Origin: Spirogloea muscicola
Taxonomy: Eukaryota
DNA: 64,000 nt
Assembly: GCA_009602725.1 (NCBI GenBank)
Contig: WELB01000005.1
Span: 1,454,359-1,518,358 of the forward strand
Reading direction: 5' to 3'
Shown: piece after piece, positions 63,475-64,000 of the stretch
Numbering within the stretch: the stretch's first letter is position 1
How the letters are laid out: each line of letters opens with the position of its first letter
Notes under the pieces: generated by a model
Told to the model about the DNA's origin: nothing
Seen by the model: the letters and a program-made list of their open reading frames with translations, nothing else
Database searches by the model: none
Program-made: the position numbers and the translations under genes

Positions 63475-64000
63475 GGGGCGGGCCGGCAGCGGTCGAGGCC
63501 GGGGGCCCCGCCGGCCGTCAGAACGGTGGCGCTCTCCGTCTCCGCAGACCTGCCAATCTCAGAGCGCCGGAGCCTGCGCTGCGGCTCATGCCGGGAGGAC
63601 AGCCGGAGCGGCGGCGGCGGCGGCGGGGGAGAGTGGCAGAGCCCCCGGCCGCGCCCCGCGGCGCGGCGCTGGAGGCGGCGGCGGGTCTGCGNNNNNNNNN
63701 NNNNNNNNNNNNNNNNNNNNNNNNNNNNNNNNNNNNNNNNNNNNNNNNNNNNNNNNNNNNNNNNNNNNNNNNNNNNNNNNNNNNNNNNNNNNNNNNNNNN
63801 NNNNNNNNNNNNNNNNNNNNNNNNNNNNNNNNNNNNNNNNNNGGCGCGGCCATGTGAGCGGCGCGGCCGCGGGGCCCCCGGCGGCGCGACGCGTGGCGAG
63901 GGCGCGACGTGGCCGCCCGGCAATCATGCGGCCGGATCCCGGGCATGCGCGCGCGTGCTGGGGGCCTAGGGGCGGCAGCGGCTACACGTGGCACCCTCCA

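Overview
This is intron-rich eukaryotic nuclear DNA. Gene content (GAUT, TBL acetyltransferase, RhoGDI, LIP5, plant-type TTI1 and GRX-DEP-DUF547) points to a streptophyte, and a zygnematophyte-type alga is my inference. The assembly is a draft, with N gaps at GC-rich gene starts. About 15 spliced genes can be reconstructed by eye: an alpha/beta hydrolase (5'-partial), two paralogous small LEA/YtxH-like genes absent from the ORF track as whole proteins, RPF2, LSM8, GAUT, a MORN-repeat protein, a DEK-C/SWIB protein, SMC2, RhoGDI, TBL, TTI1 (partial), LIP5/VTA1 (partial), organellar PheRS and a GRX-DEP-DUF547 protein. Four unexplained structures stand out. (1) Dozens of 5'-truncated 3' ends of a restriction-like-endonuclease (CRE-like) non-LTR retrotransposon family are stacked upstream of gene starts; I saw none in introns or convergent intergenic gaps. 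(2) These ends share a conserved hairpin/possible pseudoknot. (3) A ~320 bp near-perfect foldback lies inside a decayed PIF/Harbinger element. (4) The two LEA/YtxH-like genes each sit behind a dense G-box/ABRE cluster. Gene coordinates are genomic spans including introns, and repeat boundaries are approximate. No database searches were run.
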